Source: Promethearchaeota archaeon
GTDB lineage: Archaea; Asgardarchaeota; Lokiarchaeia; Sigyniarchaeales; SOKP01
Assembly (NCBI GenBank): GCA_029838195.1
Contig: JALGVJ010000012.1
Span: 1-64,000 of the forward strand
Length of the DNA: 64,000 nt
Reading direction: 5' to 3'
Part shown: positions 1-9,957 of the stretch, piece by piece
Position numbering within the stretch: the stretch's first letter is position 1
Layout of the letters: each line of letters starts with the position of its first letter
Notes under the pieces: generated by a model
Databases searched by the model: none
What the model saw: only the letters and a program-made list of their open reading frames with translations
What the model was told of the DNA's origin: nothing
Position numbers and translations under genes: made by a program

Positions 1-149
1 ATTTTTCGATACATTAATATATAATAGATCGTTATGTTTTTTCAACTTTTTAGTGGTTTTGTCGCCAATCTTAGAGCTGGAGCGTGGTAACTGAGATTAA
101 TTTGCTACCTCATAAAAAAAAATAAATAAAAAATTTCATCATTTTTTGT

Positions 150-2213
150 TCATATCTTAATTTCTGCCCATAATGCCGGATGATCTGATTGAGGATCCAT
201 GATGAAGCGTGCTTCAACCACGATAAATTCGTTTGAAACAAAAATATGATCAATTCTACGCCTCATGTCCAAGCCATTATCATCAATTCCACTCGGCCAT
301 CGTGCTCTCCACACATCTTTTAATACGGATGCTTGCATTTCGTAATAGATTGACCCTTCCCTACTATTAAAATCACCCATTGAAATTACATTCTCCTTAC
401 CATCAATTTGAGCAAGGAGGGCTTCCACGTGAGCTAATTTTGCCTCCTTACTTCCAGCAGGATGATTGACGAATACATTGAAAATTTCATTCCCGATCAT
501 GATTTGCACGTAAGTCGTTCCAATTTCATCTTCGTCGCTATAGGTAAAAATCGTTTTTGCACTAATAATGGGATATTTTGAGAGGACTGCTGCTCCATAA
601 GTTCCAGTTACGGTTTTCGGACCATAAAATGAATAATAGTTCATTCCCGTTAAACGATTCACAAAATATCTCACTACATCAGAATTTCCTCCGGAAATAC
701 GGGCTGAATCACACTCTTGAAGCCCAATAATATCGGGATTGACTTGTTTAATAAGTTCTAACTGATTATCATAATTTTTATCGCCGGTGATATTTACTCC
801 TTGTTGAATATTATAAGTAAGGATTCTCAAAGAAACCACTTTATCGTTCGCGCTGGTATTTGGCACGGGATTGGTAAGAATAACACCTAATCCCGTGAGA
901 AGCATGAGAATTACAAAAATGGCCGAAATGAGGGGTTTTTGGTCAAAACTTTTAAACTTTTTAATGCCATTGATCACCCTATTCTTAATTGTTAAAAAGG
1001 GTAAAGTAAAAAAGAGTCCCGCTAATACAAATGGAAGCCAAAATAGATTTCGAAAATAAGGACTTACCGGCTCAACGTAGCCCCAAATATTAGTGAATAT
1101 TAATGCAAGAGATAGCATAATGAATAAAATTCCACCTAACGTGAATCCCTTACTTAGTTTTGATAAGGAAGGTTTTTTTTTTAGGAGCATCCGTGAAACG
1201 AAAGTAAAATCCACGTATAGAATGGGTGTTAATGCGATCATCCCAATTAATGGGATATAAGTATACAATGCCGGAGGATGATCAACAAGGACTGGTCCAG
1301 ATGTAGGTGTTGAGGGAAAGAAAACAATTTGGGCAAAAATGGTAAAGAATACACATGCTACGAATAAAAGGTTCCACGTGACGATTATTTTTAATGACAA
1401 TGATTGAAAAAACCGTGGTTTAATGGTCATGACCAACCCGATTAACGAGAGAATGATAGAAAGAGAAATAGTTATGAGGATATAGTTTCCTTCAGTCCAT
1501 CGTGAAATAACCGTGGGGCTAAGGAGAGCAAAATAGATGAAGATAAGCACGCCGAATAATCCAAGGATCATGAGGTAGATATGATTTGAAGTATCCATGG
1601 CATGTTCAAGTTCATGTGGTGTATTAGTATTTTTTTCTTGCTTGATAGATTTATTATTTTCGGCTAAATTGCTTGTTTTTACTCTATTAAAGAGAGTAAA
1701 TAATGCTAGAATAGCTAAAATCCATCCAATAACTTGAAAACTCTTGTACATGGATAAATCAAGCGTGGAATTAAGACTTCGAAAAGTTATTGACAATAAG
1801 GTAGCAAATATAAGGCCAAGCCCCATGAACTTGCTAATTTTTTCTTCTTCCCGCTCTTTTTCCGTCGAAATATAAAGGGGTAAGAATATCATGAATGAAG
1901 CCACGCCAATCCCTGAGACAATAATTTTAATTGGCGTCCTTACCAGGGGATCGATGAGACGAGCCGCTATTACAATTGTAGCAGATATTTCCACTGATCG
2001 CCCGATTCCTTGATTTTTAAAAGCTAAAAGAGCTAAGGGAGAACACAAGAAGAATAATCCTAGTACTTTTTCATCCATTTCTAATTGAAGCAAATCTAAC
2101 ATGTAAATCGATTCGATTAAATCGGTTATCAGCTGGAAAAAGAACAAGAATAGAATGCTCAATAATATTAAATCCGAATTAAATTTTTTTAATAAATTAT
2201 CTCGAAAAGTCAT
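150..2213 (-). CDS. Polytopic membrane protein with C-terminal endonuclease/exonuclease/phosphatase (EEP) domain, Cwh43/PGAP2IP-like
   Basis: About 12 hydrophobic helices followed by EEP motifs TYNIQQG, GLQECD, GDFN, RIDHIF and SDH. The segment LIKQVNPDIIGLQECDSARISGGNSDV resembles the Cwh43 C-terminal domain. Confidence 0.75.
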   Translation of the reverse strand: MTFRDNLLKKFNSDLILLSILFLFFFQLITDLIESIYMLDLLQLEMDEKVLGLFFLCSPLALLAFKNQGIGRSVEISATIVIAARLIDPLVRTPIKIIVSGIGVASFMIFLPLYISTEKEREEEKISKFMGLGLIFATLLSITFRSLNSTLDLSMYKSFQVIGWILAILALFTLFNRVKTSNLAENNKSIKQEKNTNTPHELEHAMDTSNHIYLMILGLFGVLIFIYFALLSPTVISRWTEGNYILITISLSIILSLIGLVMTIKPRFFQSLSLKIIVTWNLLFVACVFFTIFAQIVFFPSTPTSGPVLVDHPPALYTYIPLIGMIALTPILYVDFTFVSRMLLKKKPSLSKLSKGFTLGGILFIMLSLALIFTNIWGYVEPVSPYFRNLFWLPFVLAGLFFTLPFLTIKNRVINGIKKFKSFDQKPLISAIFVILMLLTGLGVILTNPVPNTSANDKVVSLRILTYNIQQGVNITGDKNYDNQLELIKQVNPDIIGLQECDSARISGGNSDVVRYFVNRLTGMNYYSFYGPKTVTGTYGAAVLSKYPIISAKTIFTYSDEDEIGTTYVQIMIGNEIFNVFVNHPAGSKEAKLAHVEALLAQIDGKENVISMGDFNSREGSIYYEMQASVLKDVWRARWPSGIDDNGLDMRRRIDHIFVSNEFIVVEARFIMDPQSDHPALWAEIKI

Positions 2214-2310
2214 AAGTATTAAGAGTATCTGGAATTTTTTAAAACTTTTTAAGAACGAAAAGAGAAAATGGAATAATAAAATAAAAAAAAAAGTTCGATT
2301 TAGTTAATTA

Positions 2311-3216
2311 TTACACACTTGCCAGTAGCATGGCCAATAATTGAAGGAAAATCTCCAATTTTAACAATGAATTAAGCTTTTTAGAAAATTGTTGGCGTTT
2401 TACCTGCTGCAGTGTAATTAAAATTGTAATAATTAGGAGAATGGAATTGATAACTATTACGATGAGATATAAAAATCTTGTAAGAAGAGGGGTGAAGATC
2501 GGAAGTATGATAAATATTAAAGCGACTCCTTGAACCAGGATCAGGAATTTAGAGGTTTTTGCGAAATCATGGAATGGGATCGGTAATTGCACTTGGGATT
2601 TCTCCACCATTTTCTCTTCCAATGACGAGCTTTTCATCTTTTTTGTAATTTCTCTCGCAAGTTGAAGGAAAAAAATAGCAATGACAAGATAATAAATGAA
2701 GATCAGCGAAAGCCGTGAATTAAGAACGGCTCCATAAAAAAGACCTAACGAAAAAGTTAGACTCAAGATAATACTTTGGAATAAAAAGGAATAATCTTTT
2801 TTAATAGAAATGATGCCGAGAATTATCCACAAAATGCCTAAAAGAACCAAAACAACATGTATCAAAAGGGTGAGCCCGTAAAGACTTACTTGAATAATCG
2901 TTAAGACGAAACTAATTACAAAAAAGAGCCCTAAGAGCTGTTTAATTCGTTTTTTTGACACGTATTCCGCAGGAAATTGATTTTCTGACAGCTTTACAAG
3001 ATTAATTGCCATCATTGCCGAAAGAACCATCAGAAAATAGGAAATCACGCCAAGAAATAAATTCATTTGTATTATTTTAACGCTAATGGCCGATCTCGTG
3101 TTTAAAATGCCTAAAATGCATGCCACGGCACCTTTAATGCAAGCACGCGTGTTCAAAAACCGATTCCCTTGCTTGAATTTCAGATACCCATTAGTTATTT
3201 TTAATTTTATTCCCAT
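2311..3216 (-). CDS. UbiA-family prenyltransferase (DGGGP synthase-like) paralogue with degenerate catalytic motifs
   Basis: TM pattern and segments GILNTR, SLGLFYGAVLN and LAREITK match archaeal DGGGP synthases. Both Asp-rich motifs are absent. Confidence 0.65.
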   Translation of the reverse strand: MGIKLKITNGYLKFKQGNRFLNTRACIKGAVACILGILNTRSAISVKIIQMNLFLGVISYFLMVLSAMMAINLVKLSENQFPAEYVSKKRIKQLLGLFFVISFVLTIIQVSLYGLTLLIHVVLVLLGILWIILGIISIKKDYSFLFQSIILSLTFSLGLFYGAVLNSRLSLIFIYYLVIAIFFLQLAREITKKMKSSSLEEKMVEKSQVQLPIPFHDFAKTSKFLILVQGVALIFIILPIFTPLLTRFLYLIVIVINSILLIITILITLQQVKRQQFSKKLNSLLKLEIFLQLLAMLLASV

Positions 3217-3252
3217 TTTTTTCGCCTACTTGATGTTTTTATTTAAAATTCA

Positions 3253-5322
3253 TTATTCGCTCACGACAGTTCTTTCAACGTTTTCAAAATCCAAGATTAA
3301 TCGCTGCGAACCATAACGAATGACCGTTTTCATGGTACCAAATTCTTGATAGCAGTATTTATTATCAAAGCGAGGATACGGCCCTAAATCCACCACTTCT
3401 CCATTAACGAACATGTCTCCCTCCCAACTCACGGAAACATTCCCTCTTGAAGGCGAATCATAATAAACATTGTATCCTAACTCTAAAGGGGTTATTTCTA
3501 CAGCCGAAGCAAGTATAGAAGCCATAAATTGCTCAAAGGTTCCACTTTCCTCCTTACTACCAAGTTCTACAATCCACACGTTCTTTTTACCCAAGGCACG
3601 TAGCTCATACTCTGAAACCCATCTCGTCGGCTCATGCGAATATAAAGCAATATAACTATCTCCTTTAGCCCCAAATGTCCATTTTCCGCTGCTAATAACT
3701 TGATCAAACGCCCATTTCGGAAAATAAGCATGATTATAGGGCTTGTATTCTAATATCAAACTTATTAATTCTCCGTCTAACGAGAGCATTCTTCTATCGT
3801 ATTGAATCACCCCGACATTCTTATAGAGCGTTGCACGGGGCTTCCAACCCCCGGTAAACTCCTGAGGACTGATTCCTCCGGGCGAGCTGGTATATACCAC
3901 CGCATGGGGATCTAAACTGGCTTGCCATACATGCTCTTGGAGACCATCCATTCCCTTTTGATGATCTTGGGCACCAGAGAGTTGATAATAGGGCGTACGA
4001 TATGTGTAAGTGTTAGCCGTTTCTAAACATACCCCTTGCGTGATCTCATCAATAATCGTGCAGTATTCTGAAACATTTACCCCATGCAATTTGGACCCAA
4101 TCTGCAACACGTCTACGAACAGCTCATCATTATAAATTAATTCTGGTTTTAAATCATATTTATACATCAATTCAAATGATGCATCGACTGTTTCTGCTGC
4201 TGCGGGAGCAGACATTGGCCACCAAAACATGAGATCATTTTGCGTGCGATATCCAATTCCATGGGAAGGACCTTCTTCAATGTCGATGCTATTTCGGCTT
4301 TTATGTTCATTATTAGAGACTATTTTTTGGGCGATTCTTTCTAAGATAACAGGGGGGGCATATTTTTTACTGGTGGATAAAGCGATGGCAGCATCATCTC
4401 CTTTATTATTGGGGTCATGTTCTCCAATTCCTAACATCAACCAAGCAGCCTCATTCGTCGAGTCTTTATCAGGAGGATCCTCCAAGCTCGTTCCTACTTT
4501 CTTACGATCTTCCGTTCTGCCGTGTGTTGTAGCATAAGTGCCCTTAAAATAATTATTTGCAAAATCAAATGCTAGGAGATCTAAAAGCATGGCCGCTTTA
4601 GTAGCTATTTCGGTATTTTCGGAAAATTCTACCAAATTAGCTAATGCCATGATATCTAGCTTATAGTAAATATTAGAATGAAATTCCGAAAAGCCGAATT
4701 TAGCGCGGCGGTCAAGCCATTGAATGATGAGGGGCGTGGCATGTCTCACGTGGTCCGTTCCAGTCATTCCTGAGTTAGGGAAAATCCTATCGGGATAAAG
4801 TTGGCCTGCTAATAATTCAGCGGTATGAAATAAGATCATGTGATTTTCCGTCCACATTATCATGTTATCATCATTAGGTTCATCAAACCAATATTTAAAA
4901 TTCAGAATAGCATCTCTAATTTTAATTTCCGTTTCAATAGGGAGAACGTTTTTCGTTCGCTCGAAGTACATCATTCGAACGAATACGTTCATTCTGAAAT
5001 CACTTGTATCTTTTCTAGCATTTACGTGATTTAAGGCTTTTTCGATTACCTCAGAATTTATAGGAAGTCCCATGTAAACACGTGCTGCTTGAGCAGGAAG
5101 ACTATCACTATCTTTGCATCCTTGCAAATAAATGCTCTTTCTTTCTTGATATGTCAAGGAGGAGGGAACGCCCATTACTTGAATGATACCATTGTTATCC
5201 AGATCGATATTTGAATCCTTTAAATCATCATCTTTAAATGAGGGAGTTAATTGGATGAAAGGCGTTGAAGTGATCGACAATAATATAAAAATAATTAAAA
5301 ATAGTTTAATTTTGTTATTCAT
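3253..5322 (-). CDS. Secreted or membrane-anchored hypothetical protein, possibly heparinase II/III-like architecture
   Basis: N-terminal basic plus hydrophobic signal, 689-aa ORF, and conserved-looking WTENH, GFSEFHSNIY and THGR segments. The fold assignment is tentative. Confidence 0.45.
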   Translation of the reverse strand: MNNKIKLFLIIFILLSITSTPFIQLTPSFKDDDLKDSNIDLDNNGIIQVMGVPSSLTYQERKSIYLQGCKDSDSLPAQAARVYMGLPINSEVIEKALNHVNARKDTSDFRMNVFVRMMYFERTKNVLPIETEIKIRDAILNFKYWFDEPNDDNMIMWTENHMILFHTAELLAGQLYPDRIFPNSGMTGTDHVRHATPLIIQWLDRRAKFGFSEFHSNIYYKLDIMALANLVEFSENTEIATKAAMLLDLLAFDFANNYFKGTYATTHGRTEDRKKVGTSLEDPPDKDSTNEAAWLMLGIGEHDPNNKGDDAAIALSTSKKYAPPVILERIAQKIVSNNEHKSRNSIDIEEGPSHGIGYRTQNDLMFWWPMSAPAAAETVDASFELMYKYDLKPELIYNDELFVDVLQIGSKLHGVNVSEYCTIIDEITQGVCLETANTYTYRTPYYQLSGAQDHQKGMDGLQEHVWQASLDPHAVVYTSSPGGISPQEFTGGWKPRATLYKNVGVIQYDRRMLSLDGELISLILEYKPYNHAYFPKWAFDQVISSGKWTFGAKGDSYIALYSHEPTRWVSEYELRALGKKNVWIVELGSKEESGTFEQFMASILASAVEITPLELGYNVYYDSPSRGNVSVSWEGDMFVNGEVVDLGPYPRFDNKYCYQEFGTMKTVIRYGSQRLILDFENVERTVVSE

Positions 5323-5404
5323 GGTCAGATTCTTTTAAATTTTATTGAGCATTATTTGGTTAACTTCCTATAAATAGATTACTTTCATACTAAAGAGCGA
5401 GAGA

Positions 5405-5607
5405 GCACCGGCCCATCTTTAAGGTGGTGATGATACATGCGGGGTGTTAAATATTTATTATTTTATAATAATTATAGCGAAGCGATGAATAAGCTTCTCT
5501 AAGTACAGGAACTACGGAGCTAGCGATTGGAGAGAATGTAAGACTGACACTCGCTTAATAATTCTCGATGAGTTAGGAATCTCACGTCTTTTGATGGGAG
5601 TAGTTAA
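5405..5607 (+). mobile_element. Non-autonomous IS200/IS605-family relic (PATE/MITE-like) with omegaRNA-like tnpB 3' end
   Basis: Left hairpin CCATCT-tta-AGGTGG (5413-5427) and right hairpin CTCACGTC-tttt-GATGGGAG (5581-5600) followed by TAGTT. The internal GGAACTACGG..GGAGAGAATGTAAGAC..CTCGATGAG..GGAATC is typical of tnpB 3' ends. There is no ORF. Confidence 0.65.
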
Positions 5608-5858
5608 AGAATTCAGTTTTTTCCCTCATATCAAAAAATCATTTATTTAACGGACCTATTAAAAAATAAATAATAAAAAGAAAACATTTCCCTTTTAATA
5701 GAGAGGCCGTAATTTTTAAACTAATTAAGAAAAAAGATTTTCATTTAAATTTTAATAAAATGGGTTGCCACGAGGATATTTTTTCGGTTTCTAAAGAGGA
5801 TTCACAAGGGGGGATTAATTACACGTTAAAATTAAAAAAAAAGGGTTTATTTGGAGAA

Positions 5859-6554
5859 TCATTCTTCAAATTTCTTTCCATAAAAAGCTTTACCAATGAA
5901 AAGCATGCCTAAAGATAATAAAATAAATAGTATCGTGTCAAACAGAACTTCAATTTCTATAATGTTGCCAATCGCATCATTAATTAGAGCGGCAATGAAG
6001 ATAGTGATTCCAATTAAAAAAGAAACCATTCTTTTCCGTGATTCTCCCTCCGATTTTTTGATTCCGTGATGGTAAATGGAAAAAGTAGTATATACTAACA
6101 TGATAGAAATAAAGAGGCTAAATAAAGTATAAGCAAAAGGCTGGAAATGCGTTTCTGCTGTTTGAACATTAATGATAATAATGAAATCAGTAAAAATCAT
6201 TATCATGGCAATAATAAGAAAAGCAATAAGGGGAACAATAAGTATCATTTTTTTTGTAGTTATTACCTTCGAGGAATGTATGAGAATCTGCATGGTATAG
6301 AATAAGAATAATACGCTGCACATGAGAGAAAGCATGCCTATTTTTAAAAAAAGAATGATTATAAGTTCTCCTCCGATTAAAGAGTAAATGATCGTGGACA
6401 AAGCATAGATACCAAGTGTCAAGCAACCAAGGGCAAGAAATAAGTTTCCAAGAGGGACTCTGGAATATCTTCTTTGAAATAAAAGTAACATAGTAATCAG
6501 AATGGAAATGATTAACGTTAAAAATTCAAATACATGCGTTATTACTTCGGTCAT
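5859..6554 (-). CDS. 7TM membrane protein (HisKA_7TM/MASE-like, Asgard-expanded)
   Basis: About 7 hydrophobic helices, with basic motif ESRKRMVSFLIG before TM6 as in two other paralogues in this window. Confidence 0.6.
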   Translation of the reverse strand: MTEVITHVFEFLTLIISILITMLLLFQRRYSRVPLGNLFLALGCLTLGIYALSTIIYSLIGGELIIILFLKIGMLSLMCSVLFLFYTMQILIHSSKVITTKKMILIVPLIAFLIIAMIMIFTDFIIIINVQTAETHFQPFAYTLFSLFISIMLVYTTFSIYHHGIKKSEGESRKRMVSFLIGITIFIAALINDAIGNIIEIEVLFDTILFILLSLGMLFIGKAFYGKKFEE

Positions 6555-6754
6555 CCTGACTCATAAAAAATTTTGGAATAGTTTAATATAATCACATAAA
6601 TTTTGGAATTAAAATTTATCTAAATCGTCTTTAATGAACAAACTCTTTTAAATTAGGAAAATATGAACCAAGATAATAGAATTTAATCAAATCAATTCTC
6701 AGCATGTATTATATCCAGGAGCTTATAAAGAGCTTGAGGAGGTAATCGGGCGAT

Positions 6755-7186
6755 TTAAATCTGGAAGGTTAGGTGAGAATCCAAGGAATTTTTCAAAAAA
6801 AATGCTACTTTTTTAATCAATTCCTTTGCATTTTCAAAAGTAGCTTTTTTAATTGCTTTTTTATAGGGTAGCCATTTAAAATCCACGTGTTCTTTACTTA
6901 ATCGTATTACATTTTGATCTACAATCATGAGAAAAAATTTTACTTTTTTTTGAACTAAATTATTATGAATTTTGAAATAATATTCGATTGAATCTTCAAA
7001 ACCTTTAATTATTTTAGCTTTAGTAATGCCCGTCTCTTCTTTCAACTCTCTAAAAATTGTGTCTTCATCACTTTCTCCAATTTTTTTATGCCCTTTCACG
7101 AACCCCCAATGGCCTGCCTTATATTTAAGTAATAAGAACGCATTTTCATGAATTACGATGGCTCATGCGGAAAAATCTTTTATCAT
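6755..7186 (-). pseudogene. Nudix hydrolase (Ap4A hydrolase-like) interrupted by an in-frame TGA at 7163-7165
   Basis: The frame reads MIKDFSA*AIVIHENAFLLLKYKAGHWGFVKGH..GES..RELKEETG, containing a Nudix box. The stop sits at the Gly of the usual SAG. Confidence 0.75.
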
Positions 7187-7455
7187 GATTCAACAAGTAA
7201 GGAAAAAAAATTTAATTAAAGTTGTAACAAATTTTTGAATTATAAAGTTTTAGATCAAGCAAATCTAATAAAAATGAAAAGAACAGAAAATACTCAACCT
7301 TTTACTCACCATTCTCATATTATAAGGTTTTTAAAATAATTTTTTTCCCCCGTGAACGCATAAAATTCACGCACCATGTATAAAGAACGAGTTAAATTAA
7401 TATTAAAATTAATAGTTAATAAAATAATGACTAAAGAATAGGGATCACCTTATAA

Positions 7456-9030
7456 TTAGACACTCTTACTCGATTTTAAAAGGATTATTAGAGCAACTCC
7501 TTTTGAAGGAATTCCCTCGATTTTATCAGTAATTACAATTTCTCCTCCATATCGAGCTATCAGTGTTTTGATTAAAAGTAATTCAAGACCCACTCCCTCT
7601 TTGCTTACTTTTAAAGGGGGGGTTTTATCCAAGAGCACTTGTTTTTTTTCCTCTGATAATCCCATTTCATTATTATCCATGAATTGAAAGTGAATGAATT
7701 CTTTCTCATTTTTTTTAATTTTAGATATTTTGATTCGGATTTTTATGATGAGATTGGAATTGCCTCGAACTGCAAGATAAAAAATATTTTCGAATACGTT
7801 GAGCAAGAATTCATCAGCTTCCACCCAAATATTATCTAATTTAGTATCTATTGAAAAGTGAATTTCCTTTTTAGAAAAATCTTCATGCGTGATATTTATT
7901 GCTTTTTGCAACAATTCCAACGCATCAATTCTTTTTAAAGAGGCTTCAAATTCTTCTAAATTTGAGAGAATTTGAACATCGGATATAAATTTTGCCCCTC
8001 TTTTCGCTTCTTTTTCAATTATCTCAAGAATTTCTTGAATTTCTACCTCTTTTTTTGGGTCATTCTTCAAAATTGAAATGAGATTGACTGAAGATAAAAT
8101 GCCCTGAAGGATGTTTTTCATGTTATGACGAAATAAATCTTCATAAAAACTAATTTTTGATAAAGCCCTTTGATACTTCTCTCTCGATTTAATTAATTTC
8201 TCTCCATTCCTTATCCGATCCGTGATATCATGTCCAATGGTTTGAATAATAGTTTCATCTTCCATCTTAATTAAATTGGTTCGAAAATTAATCCAAATAA
8301 CGTCTCCATCTTTTTTTTTTTATTGTATTTCAAGAGGAGGTTGAGGATGACCCCCCACCCAGTTAATCAATCGCTCAAACAGCATTGGTAAATCTTTCTG
8401 GAAAATAGCTGGAGTCTCATAATAATTTTTCCCAACTACTTCTTCTCTCGAGTAACCCGTTAATTTTAATAATTCAGGATTTACATCTAATATCGTGCCC
8501 TTTTTATTCATTAGTAAAAGGGGATGAGGAAAATTTTCAAATAACATTTTATATTTTTTTACTAAATCTTTCAATTTTTTTTCTGCATCTTTTTGTTCCG
8601 TGATATCAATAAAAAATCCTACGAATATCGTTTTATTACCCTTTTTAATGGTTCGAGCAAAAAATTCTACCCATATTATTTTTCCACTTTTAGTTACGCA
8701 TTGAATTTGGAGTCTTTCAAAAGCGCTTTCTTTTAATCGCATACATTTCTCAATGAGCGTCAAAACCATCTTCCGTTCCCTCGGAATTAATACTTTAATA
8801 AATTCATGAGGTCCCCACCATTGGACATCGTCAATGGAATATTCAAAAATTTCCGTTGCTTTTTGATTCACGAAAATAATTCGAAAATCTAACAAGATGG
8901 CCATTCCTACTAATGGCTGATCAATAATATGGACGATAAAATCCTTCGGTTTCATCAATTCATCGAGTAATTTCTCCATCTCTCGATTAACCTTATTGAC
9001 TTCTCTCTCGCTTCTTTCTCGATTTACCAT
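7456..9030 (-). pseudogene. PAS-PAS sensor histidine kinase split by an in-frame TAA at 8320-8322
   Basis: ORFs 8320-9030 and 7456-8265 are in the same frame: LEIQ*KKKDGDVIWINFRTNLIKMEDETIIQTIGHDITDR completes the second PAS/PAC. The kinase part has H-box RHNMKNILQ and degenerate N/G boxes. The stop abuts an A homopolymer. Confidence 0.7.
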
Positions 9031-9552
9031 TAAATCTTTAATTCCTTCTTTATCTAATTCAAATAAAAATTTTTTTCATTAATCTAATGTAAAAGATGAC
9101 TTAATTAATTTAAAATTGTTGATAAAAAAATAAGAATAAGAATTTTTTATTACCTTTCCCTTTTTGATTCTCATGGTCATGCGTGAAATATTTATACCCC
9201 ATGAAACAAGAACTTACTTTCAAAATGGTCATTAAATCTTTTCTAAACGTATTTCAATCGCAATTGAACTCTAAAAACATTCACTTTCAGCTGAAATGAT
9301 CGATACCATTCATTTATTTTCCTGTCTTGAAAAAATAATCGAGAAATGTAAGAAAAATCTTTTTTTTCCAAAAATAAAAAATTACCTATTTCATTTTACC
9401 CTTAATCATGAAAATGACCATCATTCAGTTTCAAAATATTATTTGACTCAATGAAGTGCTCAAATCAATTATTTCCTCATTGATGTATTCCATTCTTTAA
9501 TACTGATAAAGAATTTTCCCTTTTATTAAACAAGTATTTAAACAAATAAACT

Positions 9553-9567
9553 GAAAGGTTTTTAAAA
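9553..9567 (+). promoter_or_regulatory. Putative BRE-TATA promoter of aIF1
   Basis: Purine-rich GAAAGG followed by TTTTTAAAA, about 70 nt upstream of the inferred start. Confidence 0.4.
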
Positions 9568-9636
9568 GAAAATTGTCTATTATTCGTTAGTATATTAAAA
9601 ATTAATTAATTACAATAAAGGAAGGAATAAAGAAAC

Positions 9637-9957
9637 ATTAAGGAAAACGAAAATATTTGTTCAATGTGCGGATTGCCGAAAGACTTGTGCCTCTGCGGCA
9701 GTTTGGATCAAGAAGAATCACGGGTTTCTATCTATAACGAAACGAGAAAGTGGGGAAAAGTCGTTACAATGGCGGAATTTAAAGGCAATACGAATATCAA
9801 CCTTGAGGAATTCCTATCTAAAGCCAAGAAAAAATTTGCTTCCGGTGGAACCGTACGTGGAAATGCCATTGAATTAAGGGGGGATCACCGTTTTAGGCTT
9901 AAGAAATTCTTAATGGATTTGGGCTATCCTGAAGAAAATATAATGATCAAGGAATAA
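9637..9957 (+). CDS. sui1: Translation initiation factor aIF1 (SUI1); probable non-AUG start upstream of the called ATG at 9664
   Basis: C-S-M-C-GLPKDLC-L-C zinc knuckle, RKWGKVVT, ASGGTV and IELRGDHR are SUI1 motifs. The first Cys codon (9658) lies upstream of the ATG. Confidence 0.9.
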   Translation: MKENENICSMCGLPKDLCLCGSLDQEESRVSIYNETRKWGKVVTMAEFKGNTNINLEEFLSKAKKKFASGGTVRGNAIELRGDHRFRLKKFLMDLGYPEENIMIKE

